In this document: piece after piece, positions 1 to 24,092 of the stretch | Layout of the letters: every line of letters begins with the position of its first letter | How positions within the stretch are numbered: position 1 is the stretch's first letter | NCBI GenBank assembly: GCA_039096225.1 | Contig: JBBPEB010000015.1 | Coordinates: forward strand, 62,001 to 126,000 | Source: Blastocystis sp. Blastoise | Taxonomy: Eukaryota; Protista; Bigyra: Opalinata | Length of the DNA: 64,000 nt | Direction: 5' to 3' | Notes under the pieces: model-generated | Told to the model about the DNA's origin: nothing | Database searches by the model: none | What the model saw: only the letters and a program-made list of their open reading frames with translations | Program-made: the position numbers and the translations under genes

Positions 1-1051
1 ATGTATGAAGTTATTACTTATTACTTATTACTATTTATAAATATAGTAGTAAATAAAATTCGCATTAACGATTTTTGAATTAATTCTCAATGCTATTAAT
101 TGTAGTATTGTTTGTAAGTGAAATGCTATCATAACATCTTCCTTATTAATTTTTGAGAGTTGTAATATTTAAAAATTGAATTTATAAAATAATAAATAAT
201 TAAATAAAAATAAATAAATAAAAGAATTATATTTTTTATTATGTTGATTTAAGTTAAAATATAAATATACTTAAAATCGTTTTTGTTAACTACTTTAAAC
301 ACTGTAATGAATACATCATTAACTTTTGAAAATTATTGTGACGAGACATTGTAATGTACTGAATTATATATTCTATGCTTCAAATTCTTATTATACTTTA
401 TTCCTCATAGCTATTATAACTATATATAAATAGAATTTAACTTAATAAGACTTTCAAAAAGAAGATCAGTTTATAATTCACTGTTTTATTGTCATGATGT
501 TGTTTATTTATTATATACTAGAACACTATATCTAGAAGACAACAATTACAGTTTCAATTATTATAAATATCACTTAATGATACATGATTAACACATTCTC
601 TTTTATGTCAAGTATTAAACACAGATTCTGTTTTATATACATGCCAGAAATATATATATATTTGATTCTAATACTTTAGTAAAAAAATAATAGATGAAAA
701 TACACTTTTAGCCAAAATTAATAAAACACATAAATATTATTAAAACTATATCTATTTTCCACATTTATAAGTGATTATTTAAATATATATCTTATAAATT
801 GATATATACATATGGAAGTATTAATATACTTTCCTAAGAAGATAAATATAACAGTTTCAATATCAAATCTATTATAAAATCTATAAAAAAAACTTAAGTC
901 AGGAATTGGACCTGAAAAGAGTCGATGAGACTTTTCCTTACTATCAAAGCTTAAGTAGAGTTTATATATATATATATCTGCATATATTAAATATAATTAT
1001 AAGTAACTTAAAAACATGAAATCCTATATATAAAAAGAATAAAATATAATG

Positions 1052-2300
<1,249 letters not shown>

Positions 2301-2319
2301 AATAGAAATAAATAAATAC

Positions 2320-3113
2320 TGCTAATTCAGGAATAATATATAATGTAAAGAATTCATTAATATTCACATCCTCTATATATATAATAATAATAATATATAT
2401 ATATATATATATACTATTATAATCTTTGATGCCTTGCATCGCTGTTTGGAATCCAGAAGATATATACATAAATAGAGAGAGGCATGCTTCTTTTTCCCGC
2501 CATTGGGAGGGATTCGACAGCGCCAAGAAAGGAGACATTGTTTGCATTGATATCATAATTAACTATATATAATAAATATAATAGAAATTATAATAATAAG
2601 TAATAAAAATAATAATAATATTAATAATAAATATTATAATAATAAATATATTAATAATAATAAGTATAATAAGTATATATATGTATATATACTTGTTCAT
2701 TATAGAATTGTCTCATAGAATACAGTACATCATGACACCTCGTTTACAGCTATTGCAGTTAGCATCCTATGGGGATTATGGGGGATTATATAAATAAAAT
2801 TTATTAGATAGAAATATATAGTTAAAACTCATTATATATATAAATATAAACAAAATTTATTATATATATAGATAAAATCTGTTATATATAAATATATAGC
2901 AGATTTAAATAATAATAATAATATATAAATAATATATTCTATAAATACTATATATATATACTTCTAGTTCATTTTGAATATACTCATAAGGCATGTCTTC
3001 ATAGTTATTCATATCATCATCAGTAAATAATAAACAAGGAATAATAATATTCTGTATAATAATTTTTAGACTTTCACCGGTAAACAAGGACTGATTAGAA
3101 GGAAGCTTAGACA

Positions 3114-3152
<39 letters not shown>

Positions 3153-3197
3153 ATATAATTTAACATTATAATAAGATTTATATTTATAATTTATTAG

Positions 3198-3259
<62 letters not shown>

Positions 3260-3548
3260 GCAAAATATGTTAATCTATTTTTATATATAGTATTATATCG
3301 ATCTTCTTCTTTATATTTAACATCACTTAATATATTCCAGACTTTTTCAGTAATAGTCTTAGCATAAGGAAGAAATAATAAGTTATTTCTACTCTCCATT
3401 CTATATATATATATAAATAGATTATGCTTATTAGTATTATTAACTTTAGTACTATTATATTTCACTTATTATATATATATATACGTAGAAATGATTTCAA
3501 TGATATTTGCCTTCAATCTCTCAACTGGACCTTCTTCATAACCACTTT
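2320..3548 (-). pseudogene. CSE1: Exportin-2/Cse1 internal gene fragment (left-arm copy)
   Basis: Mirror of 12199-13425, including the same frameshifted exon. Confidence 0.75.
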
Positions 3549-5406
3549 CTATATATATATATATATCTTAATAATAATAATAATTATTATTATAATAATA
3601 AAAGTATATAATAATAATAATAAAATCTCTAAGTATAATAAAACCAATATAATAATAATACCAATAAAACCTATATAATAATAAAATCTATATAATAATA
3701 ATAAAATCTATATAATAATAATAATAAGTATAATAATAAAACCTATATATATATAATAATAAGTATATATATATATATATAGAAAAAAGTAGCAATATAT
3801 ATATACACATCAATATTAATAAATTAAAACCCCCATAACCTATATATATATATAATTATAGCAATAATACTAATGAAAATAATAATATGTTACAACAAGA
3901 TAACATATGTATAATAAAGAAATAAATAAACTTTTCATTAAAATAATTATAAACATGAATAGATGATTGAATATATTTACAAAATAATATATGAAGGCAA
4001 TAAATATTAGAAAGTAAACTAAATAAATAAAACACATAGAAATGATAATGTGGACAAACTAAAAGACAAGACAAAAAAAGAGTTATAAATAGTTTAATAT
4101 AAAATGATAACTATATACAGGGAAAAAATAATGAAACAACAAAGACGAATAAAAGCACAATGGGAGATTTGCAACGTGCAAATAGATTATCTTACACCAG
4201 AATCAAAGCCACAAACCCAACATTGAGTTTTAACGTTATCGGTACAACAGAACCAATCTATATAAGGAAAATAAAAAGTACAAGAATGTAGATTGTGTTG
4301 AATAGTTAGAAACTTACAATTCTGACAATAAGGGATCTGCAACGACATGACAATTGAGAGACAAAGCTACAATAAGCAGCATAAGAAAATTTTAATATTT
4401 TAAATAATAAAAATTAATAATGATTATTTTATCAATATAACCTTTAAAAAAATATTTTTCGTGAATACATAAAAAATTAATTAGTCTTTCCTAGATTTCA
4501 ATATAATAAATCTATTCATCATTATCAAAAAGCTGGCTCAACAATAGTATATTCTATACTATAATTGTCTTTCTATTATTGTAATTAGTGTACACAAGAT
4601 TTCGACTCAATTCATGATCTACTCCATTTCTGTGACAAATTGAAATATCAAAAAACACAACAAAATATGTAGATTGTATCGAAACATTCTGATTATCTAG
4701 TATTCAAAAATATTATCATTTAGCCAGAATTATAGACAATGATGATTTTGTTTATCTCAGGCCTTATTTCTAGTTCATCACATAATCACAAGAGTGTGCA
4801 CTATTTATTATGGACAATATAATATGATATATTGGTAAATTACTGTGAATCTTGAATCCACTATAATTAACGTACATATATAGTTTGATTCTTTATTAGT
4901 TTAGTATACTGATCTTTTGTCATTTTAATTGTTGTTGTTATTTGTAAATAATAATATTATTATTTCATAATGATTATTATTCTTTCAAAGAGATTATTTT
5001 TTATATTAATATTATTAAATATGTGTTATTTTCCAAACAAAAGAATATGAATTTATTGCATAATAAATATATAAAAAAAGTGAATACATAAATAAATTAA
5101 TTAATTAGTTATATATATATATATTGTATATATATATAATATTTATAAAGAGAAATATTAAATTATATGGATACATCAATATATTAATTATATGTTATTT
5201 GTATTAATTAAAATTAAAAACACTAGCTGTTTATCAGAAATAAATAATAAATAAATATTTATATGAACTTCATGATATATAAAGAAAATAAAAAGAAAAA
5301 CATATTCGTAAATAGCTAATATTAAAGAGGCTTATCTATGTTAATTGCAAATTGTTTATTTAAAATACTACAGTTTAATTAAATTTGATTAATATAGTAA
5401 TATATT

Positions 5407-6062
5407 TTATTGAATTCCATTTTTACGTTGTTTACATCGTGTTATACGTCTAGGAGTGAAACGTTTCGCATGCCTCGTTCTTTTAGCATTTGGATCATTA
5501 ATTACAGACTCTTCTGAATCTTGAGAGGATAAGTTAATTTTTATGTACTTCCTTTTAATAGGGTAATGTTTTTTGTTTATGATTTTTTCACATGACGCGT
5601 TTATATGATCAGTAAAGGCATTATCGCTAATATCTACATCTTCTATTATATAATCACTGATTTCACTGGCACTTTGTTGGGTCTGTACTGATCTACTGCC
5701 ATCACTCTTTGCTATGTCTAATAAGGCTTTCGGGATATCAGAAAAGCGTCTTTTTACACTATCATATCCTTCAAGGGAACACATTATTTTCAATTTTTCG
5801 TTTATTTCATTTCTTACTTCATGTGATTTACATTCATAATTAATACTTGAATTCGTAAACCAAGATAATAGATTCTTTGCAATATATTCAATATTTTTTA
5901 AAACAAAAATTCCACAATCATATCCATTTTTCTGTTGAGGAGATTTCTATTTATTATATAAATATAAATAAAAATATTAAATTTATATAAATATAAATAA
6001 AAATATTAATAGTAATATAAATACAAATTTTAATAGTAATATAAATACAAATATTAATAGTA

Positions 6063-6093
<31 letters not shown>

Positions 6094-9000
6094 TGTACAC
6101 ATATTTGAATTTGAATGTTAACATGCTTAAATGAATCAATTAATTTGGATGTCTCAGCTGTACTTTCACAATTCAGGGCTATAATTCTTGTTATTAAACG
6201 CATGGTAAACTCTGAAATATTTGCATTATGTGTATTGAGTCCTACATTGTTTGAATCATAGCACCTAAGAGTAATATTTTTTTTATTTGGTTCAGAATGT
6301 GTTTTAGCAGTTTCAATCAATTTAGTGATTTCATTTAGTTGAACAGTAAATAAAATCCAATGATTGTGTATTAAGTACGGGATAATGACTATTGATGTAT
6401 TACAATTTATAATTTTTTCAATAATCTCATTCAAATGTTTTTTATCATTATCATTTACATTATCAATAGTTTTACGTTCATAATAATTAATAATGTATAT
6501 ATAGTTCTTAGAATTGTCACTACAATATTTTCTGTAGTTTATTAACCAAATATAATTAGAATAGGTATCAATTATAAAATCATTTATATATAAATCATCT
6601 AGAGCACTTAAATCGTTATTATTCGTTAAAATATTCTAAACAAATATATTAGCTGAGTAATAAAATACTGTTGCCTTGTTATAAAGTGAATGTTTGTAAT
6701 CATCATCGTCATTAGTTGAACCTAAAGTAGTAGTACTAGCACAAGATATTATACTTATGCCAGATTCCAAATCATTCTCAATAGTATCAACACTCAAACT
6801 ATCATCAGATAATGCAAAATAATCGTTAATAACAAAATTCTGTGCTTCATGATTCACGTTTAACTGGTTTAAATTAGTATTTACAATATTATCCAAAGTT
6901 TTTTCTATAATAAATGATAATAATTTCGTATTATAATGACTGTATTATACATGAAATAATATTTAGTTGGTATATATGAATAGCGACATACGTTCATAAG
7001 GAATACTTCTATCAGATTTATTTTCATTTGATTCAACAACTGAATGTTTCAGTTCATAAGTATCATCAATCTTGTTAATGGTTGAATCTTCATAATTAAT
7101 AACTTCTTTAAATTCTTCAAAGCATTTGCTTATATCTTCATTGTAAACATATGTTAAATTTTTATCCCATAAAATATTAAGTTTATAAACATCAGAGAGA
7201 ATATTTAATAACGTTTGTATGCATAAAGGAATAATTTCACTACAAATTATAACAGTTTTACATCTCAATATATTTGACTCTATACACTGCTGCAACAAAT
7301 CAACTGCATAATTTGTTAAATCACCAATATTTAGTTTTAATTCCTTCATATTATAAAAGAAACTTGATGCATAAGGACGTTGATCATAAGTTATACTAAT
7401 GGTATACCTGGAATCTATATAGGTGTACTAATAATTCTATTAACAATAATTATAATAGTAATGATACATATTGCCAATCAAATGATAATAATAAATTAAA
7501 ATATAATAAAGATATAATAAGAATATAATTATTAATATAATAATAGCAGCTATACTCTCTTTTTCTTCTTCTTCTTCTTATTATAAATATTATTATATTT
7601 ATTATATTTATTAATATTATACTGATTATTATTATTATCATAAAAAAAATTAATTACTATGTTACATATATTAATATATACAATTTAAAACTAGAACATT
7701 GACATTGATCGAAAACTGTTTATATAATAAGAAAAAGTTGTTTATATCACAGATACCTAAGAAATAAGAAAGAATAAAATATAAAATACAATTCATATAT
7801 AAGTCTCCATTCATATAAGCTTGCTTAACGTTTATTAGAGATGAATATGGTACTATAAAAAAATGGTAATCTATATATAGTTATATACATACGGTGTGTA
7901 AACACTTGAAATGACTTACAACTCTCAATAAAGGGAGCTTGTACTAAAACCATTAATATCGTTAATTTTGAAAGAAATCTGCATATGCGAATGTCTTTAA
8001 TTCGTATGCTATCATCATATAAGTCACCATCTGATGATAATAATAATATTTTAACAAATTTACATGTTACCAACAATTTTGATATTCTGATCTTTATATC
8101 GCCAATTGTTATTTCATTAGGTAATGTAATTACATTATATTCACCTGTCTTAACATTAATAACATTTGCTTGTATCTATACAAAAATTATTTTTAAAATG
8201 AAGGCTTTTAGAATAAGAACCGGAACATACAGTTTTATCTAGTATAATATTGTTTATTGATTTTTTAATAAGATCTTCTGAACACTTAGAAGAATATAAT
8301 TCACGTAACTGTGACATACCAGACTCAAGATTAACTTCACTTTGAGATGTAGAATTTTCGATACTACTTACTTGCACTAAATATTATAATATGTTATAGT
8401 AGTATATATTTTTATTATATACTTAATTAATTAAAATATAAAAAAAGATATATATAAATTTGATATATAAATATATAACATACTTTTATTAAATGGATTA
8501 TATTTTTCAAAGTATGTACAGAATGTAATAAAATTTGAAAATTTTAATGGATAGAACAAATCATTTATACATGTACAAGCAACCTAATAATGATATAATA
8601 CATATTATAATAAATACTGAAAAGATAGTTTTGTATAGATTTAATAATGCTTCCATATATTCTATAATTTTATAATTTAATAATATTATGTATATACTTT
8701 CTTGTGTGATGAATATATGATCAGAATCAATAACATCATAACATAATTTATTCATCCTTGATAATGACTCACTAATAGAAGAATCAGTGATTATAGGATC
8801 ATATATATAGGAAACAAATCTATAAAAAACTGGTGGATTACATATATTAACATTCAGCGAATCATATAATCGCTTTAATATGATTGTAGGAATGTTCTCA
8901 AACTTTATATCATTTTGTTTAATGAAAAATAGACAATGATCACATAATACTTCTGTTGCACAGCGACTACAGTTACAAACAAGGGTAACAGTTGGAATAT

Positions 9001-10788
9001 ATTGTATTGTATAAACAATCATCTCATCAATTCTGAAGACATAGAATTTGTTAATACCTTGGGAATTTATTATATACTGATTAACGTCAAGGGCATCTAT
9101 TTTTTGATGTATAGAATTTGGCATAGTTCCTTTAATTAATATATTATCACAATTAGTTATCATCATTTTTATATTTTCTAAATGATAAAAGAAAGGAAAC
9201 ATAGCCAATGAAGATTTTCTGACGACTTTAGCCCAAACTGAATGAATCTGTTCTGTAGGATTATTACTCAGTATCGTAAGATTAAACCCAGCGTGCATAA
9301 AACGACAAAACTTCTTGTCGCAACTCTGTAAGTAACAACTAAGAATTATAATATTTGATAAATTATTTTGTGTTTCATCATTATAATAATGAGAAGCTTC
9401 CTCCATTTCTGTATATAGTAAAGTATCTGCAATTTCTTGTGTTTCTGCATTTGAATATTCAAAAAAAATGTGATTAATATAAGCTGATTCCTTAATGCAC
9501 ATTTTTCTATACATAATACACCTGGCATGAAAAAGACACATTACGTTAGTAGCATTTACAAACACACGTTTTATACTTTCTGTGAGACCAATTAAACCAT
9601 CTGAATGTATTACATATTTTGCATCTTTATTCATTCCTATAATATAATATAAATATAGATAATATATTAAGTAGTATAATATATATATAGTATAATGCAT
9701 ATATATAATATAGTATTAATGTATATACTATATAATACATATATCTTATATTATATTATATGTAATAATAAATGATAAAAGAAATAATATAACATTTTGC
9801 TTACCATGACTAACAAGAAATAAAAAAAAATCTTCCCAAGAATAAGAACTTTCGCCACCAAGATCTATCATGTACCCAAGTAAATATTTTTTGTTATAAC
9901 TAGACAGAACAACAATATTATAGATTAAAAATTTATCTTTAGACTGAGAATGCGTCGCATCAATGTAAATTTCATTGTTAAACAATTTTTCAAGATTGAC
10001 CACAATATTTTTGTATATGACAATGAGTCTGACAAAGCTTCTATTATTCTTATCGATATATAATTTATAATCGATTTCATCTGAATATTTCACTGATAAT
10101 AACATTGACGGAAGATACTTAAATTCTTCTTCTGCAGCACCATAAATTCTGGAGAACAATTTAACATACCAATGATCTATTACAGTTTGAGAAGTAAATG
10201 GAAACAACGCCTTAATAACTGGATCATTACGAGAATACATACCAAAAGGATCGTTTAGAAACGAATCATATTCTTTTTCTTCAAAATCTTCATACACATA
10301 TGTGGTTTTAGTATACGAGATCTTTAATATAGACTCTTTAGCTAAAAAATATTAATAATATTAAATTAAATATAATAAATTTAGTCAAATAAAATTAACA
10401 ATAGAATAATAATTATTGATAATATGAAATAAATATATACTATCTGAATTATAAACAGTATGCAAATCATACGATTGTTCTGGCGTGGCTAGATGAAATT
10501 AAATAAAACAGAGTATAATCAATAATATGTACGTTTATGATTATGTTTGCACATATAAGATGTTACATCAAATTGGAGACCATTCTTTTTATAAATAACA
10601 TAAAATAGGCACCCATCTGTATTGCATATGTACTTCAAAGGATGGCCACCTCTTTGCTGTACCGAGAAGTGACTTTTTGATCTATACGCAGCGAATGATG
10701 CTTTCAATTCTTCACGAGTATCATAATGATTTTTAAGTCCAATGTTGAATAATTCAGTATATCCAGCAACACCTTTCGATATATCCAT
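5407..10788 (-). CDS. MULE transposase (MuDR DBD + DDE + SWIM) fused to a ubiquitin-like segment and a Ulp1/C48 cysteine protease, ~14 exons, ~1,400 aa
   Basis: YDTREELKASF...KYIC...GC...HNH (MuDR-type DBD); IYIDATH, GGESSYSWEDFF, HSDGLIGL...VF...CLFH, SNNPTEQIHS (DDE and CxxH); CNCSRCATEVLCDH (SWIM); DLSALDDLYINDFIID, IPYLIHNHWIL, CYDS, SPQQKNGYDCGIFV (Ulp1). GT-AG splicing keeps one frame from ATG 10788 to stop 5407. Confidence 0.88.
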
Positions 10789-10912
10789 TTTGATAAAGAA
10801 ATAAATAAACTAAACATAGTAGTCCATAAATTTAAATAGAAGAATATTCACGAATAAATGAATATAATAACAAATAACTCCAAAATAACAATACCAAGTG
10901 TTCGTTTAATAG

Positions 10913-15743
<4,831 letters not shown>

Positions 15744-15809
15744 GTAAAATTTGAAGTCAAATAATTATAAAATAACTATAATAAATTGATAAATAACTTG
15801 AATTAAATT

Positions 15810-15952
15810 AGCCAATAGAAAAATACTTTGAGTTAACAGTAAGAAATTTTAAGACATTTTAATAATTCAATACTAGTCGAGTCTAATAGAATTCTATAAA
15901 AAAAATAAGCCAATAATAATAAAGCAGTCTAGTCAGCTAAAAATGATTGGCT
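15810..15952. promoter_or_regulatory. Cluster of three CCAAT-box-like motifs upstream of the aspartic protease gene
   Basis: AGCCAAT at 15810 and 15908, ATTGGCT at 15946, 230-370 bp upstream of ATG 16181. CCAAT/ATTGG also occurs upstream of FTHFS (30631, 30673) and scramblase (27218, 27241). Confidence 0.4.
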
Positions 15953-16180
15953 AAATATGAAATATTGTTCCTAAAAGTCAATTGCGTTCGAATAGAATTC
16001 TATAGTCGAGTTTAACGGCAACTAGGCGTAAAACGTCGAGGTAGGTCATAATCTCTCAAATGTGTCCTTTTTGATGACACACAATTAATGATAATGACAC
16101 AGACCTTTTCACATTCTTTTTTCTCTCATTTTCTTTTCATTGATATAAAATAGTCATACATTAATTCACGTCTTTTAAAG

Positions 16181-18461
16181 ATGAATCTGGCACAAGTCCT
16201 TATTCTTCTTGTATCTGTAGCACAATATTCCGTATTTAAATGCATTTTTTAAGTAACTGTCATTTAGTGTGCTTTTTCTGTAGTAAAAGAAATTGAAGGA
16301 AGTATTCAAGAAGGAAGTTATGCTTCTGATTTCTATATTGGATATCCTTTAACGGAATTCAAGCTAACGATTAGCATCGGAGATCTACGAAACATTTTAT
16401 ATGCAAGTCCATATGATGAATCTAACAATGTATTTTTTAATAATTGCTTTTTTTTATTAGAATAGGATCAGAATCACTTTTATAATTGTGACAAGAGTTT
16501 CTCATACCAACCAATGAGTTCAGATGACCAATTCTGCAAGAATCGTATTTTATTTTTAAAGGACTCCATTTTTTTTTTCTAGACGTTCTACCAGTATATG
16601 AATGCAATAACTCAAAGCAGCAATACATTATGGATTCAAATAGCAAAGAGTGTACATTCTGTTCTCATGAAATTGATCGAAACTCTGGTCGTGTTATATA
16701 TGATAATATAACAATGTTTTTAAATGCAACAGAAACTCCTATATCTATACAGACATCATTCTTTTACATAACGTATATAATCCTAAGAAAATGATAATAA
16801 TTACATATAACAATAGTATTATTATAATGAATTGTTTTATATAATTATTATAATAACCATCTAGTTGTTGTCATCATCCTAATTATATCATAATAATAAT
16901 ACTCTCACTATGTTACTCTTTGATTAGATCTTATTCATGTACTTCCTTTCCAGTTAATAGACAAGGTTCCATAGGTATATCTCCTCTCTCTCCTCTGTCT
17001 CTATCTTCTCTTCTTCCATTATATAACCATTCATTTATGAATATTGTCACATTATGTATGGGTAACTATAAAGGCCAAATCGCATTTGGAAACATCGAAT
17101 CAACTTTATTTAATGGAGATATAACATGGATTCCAACCCAAAATGACAGTTATTATTCTGTATTATTGAATGATATCAAAATAAGCAAGACATCCATACA
17201 TTCATTTACTTCTCCTATAGTAGCATCATTCGATTCTTCTCTTCCTTTTATCTATCTTCCTTCCTCTATTTATATGTCACTAAAAAGTGCATTTCAAAAT
17301 ACATACTGTTCATTACCAGGTAAATTATTATTTATTTTCTTTTTCTATTCTATTATGATATGTATTTTTAATATATATATACACGAATAGTTATAATGTA
17401 TATATTTGTTATTCATGTATATTACTTCTAGGAGTGTGTAGTTCGTATAATATTTTCAATACTTATTGTTTGACTTCATTCCCATCTTCAAAGTGGCCAC
17501 CTATTGACTTTTATATTCAAGATATCTTCATCTCTATCCCATCCTCTCTCTATTTCTATCCATTTTTCAATACTACTTCTTCATCTACTGTCTATTGTTT
17601 CTCTATCAAAGATAATACAAATCAATCTACAGCTATTTTAGGAAATGCATTTCTACGTTCTACCACTTTTCTCTTTAATAATGATAATAATACCATCGGC
17701 ATTGCTACTCCATCTTCTATATGTCATTGTGAATATACTGGAGGTATTAATGTAACTATATCTACTTCTCTTTCTGTCTCGGATATTCTCTACACAATCA
17801 TCATTCTCTCTATCTTTGCATTTCTCAGCTATAAATTCTGGAACTGTTATTCACAAGCCAGGTAAATATATTAATAATAATTAGTATAATTATAATATTA
17901 TTATTATTATATTCTTATTGTATTATAATTATTATATATTAATGATAATCATAATTATAATCACTATTATTATAACTATTATTATAACTATAGTTATAAT
18001 TATATAACTTCATATATAGTGAGGAGAAGCAGAGAAAGTCTCGTCGACGTCTCTCTAGACGTGTAATTACTCATATTCCTAATGATATTACTCAGGAAGT
18101 CATGTTACGTGTCTTTGCTCCAGATATTGAAGCTGAGTTAGATCACATGCATTCAAGAGGGACTCAAACTGAATCTTCTGCTCATCACGTGATACCTATG
18201 TCTTCATTACCAACACGTGACGGACATTATGAATTTGATCTCAATACACCTGTTCAACCTGTTATTAATGAATTCGATAAAGAAGAAGAAAAAAGTGATT
18301 CAGCAGTCACTTATGAAATAGGAAAGGAAGAGGAAGAATATATAAGAAATTGCTTTTCTCCTGAGACTCCTAGAGAAAACAATGATACAAGTATTCCTCA
18401 ATATAATACAGTTCATCAACCTTCAGTTTACGATGACTCCTCAGATCTAACCACTATTTAA
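16181..18461 (+). CDS. A1-family (pepsin/BACE/plasmepsin V-like) aspartic protease homologue, signal peptide plus C-terminal TM, degenerate active site
   Basis: MNLAQVLILLVSV signal; GSYASDFYIGYPLTEFKLTISIGD; GSIGISP; ITWIP...YYSVLLNDIKI; SFDSSLPFIYLP; AILGNAFLR...F...NNTIGIA; hydrophobic ILYTIIILSIFAFLSY; spliced. Confidence 0.8.
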
Positions 18462-18699
18462 ATATATATATATACTTTTATTTATATTTGTACCATAAAT
18501 AAATATATTATTGTTATGCTTTTCTCCTTCTTTCTTTTCATATTTTTGTTTTGTTTGTATACATTTATCTTTATATTGTATTCTTAAAGATCGTTTGGTT
18601 TTCTCATAGTAGCAGTCTTTATTCAAAAGATATTGAAGATATCATAATTAATGCATAAATATTTGCATATATTTTTGCAAAAAAACTTGTGATAACAAT

Positions 18700-23480
<4,781 letters not shown>

Positions 23481-24092
23481 TTTGAACGTTAATAGCTATG
23501 ATTTCACAAGAATAATTCTGATGAAGAATGTGTTATTTTTTTAAATAAATTATTTACTGATTTTTTAAAACCACAGTTATTGTTCTTATCAACTTTGAAA
23601 TATTATTTTATTATAACTCTTAAAAATGATAAGAAAAAAAATGTTCCTTTTTATTTTATTTATTTGTCGCTTGTTTCAAAGTTTAAAGCTATAATAGTAT
23701 TATAATCAAATATAGTGAGTTCTTAGATTTACTGTTAAAGCATATATATAATGGAAGATCAACTATGGTTGGAGAGAATAGTATAAAATATGAATGAGTC
23801 AATAAATCAAAATGAATTCAGAACAATAATCCATGTTTAAACAGACTGAAAATCAGGTTATATGGGCTTTAGCCCAATGGAATCGTTATTTTCCCATTTT
23901 CATTGATATTTTTTAACTTTTTCATGACTAAAATGAAAATAAAATAGAAAGAGAATAGAAAATCAGGATTATAATAATCAATTAAGAAAAGAAAACTACT
24001 TTAAATATATATTGCTTTATTCATAAGGTATATTACTATAAATTATGTTATTTTAATATTTTTTTATTGTAGATCATTATTGTTTTGAGGCA

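Noticed and set aside
16342-16350. ATATCCTTT U12 donor match in the protease gene
   Set aside because: Encodes GYPL, aligned with the conserved IGTP segment of A1 proteases.
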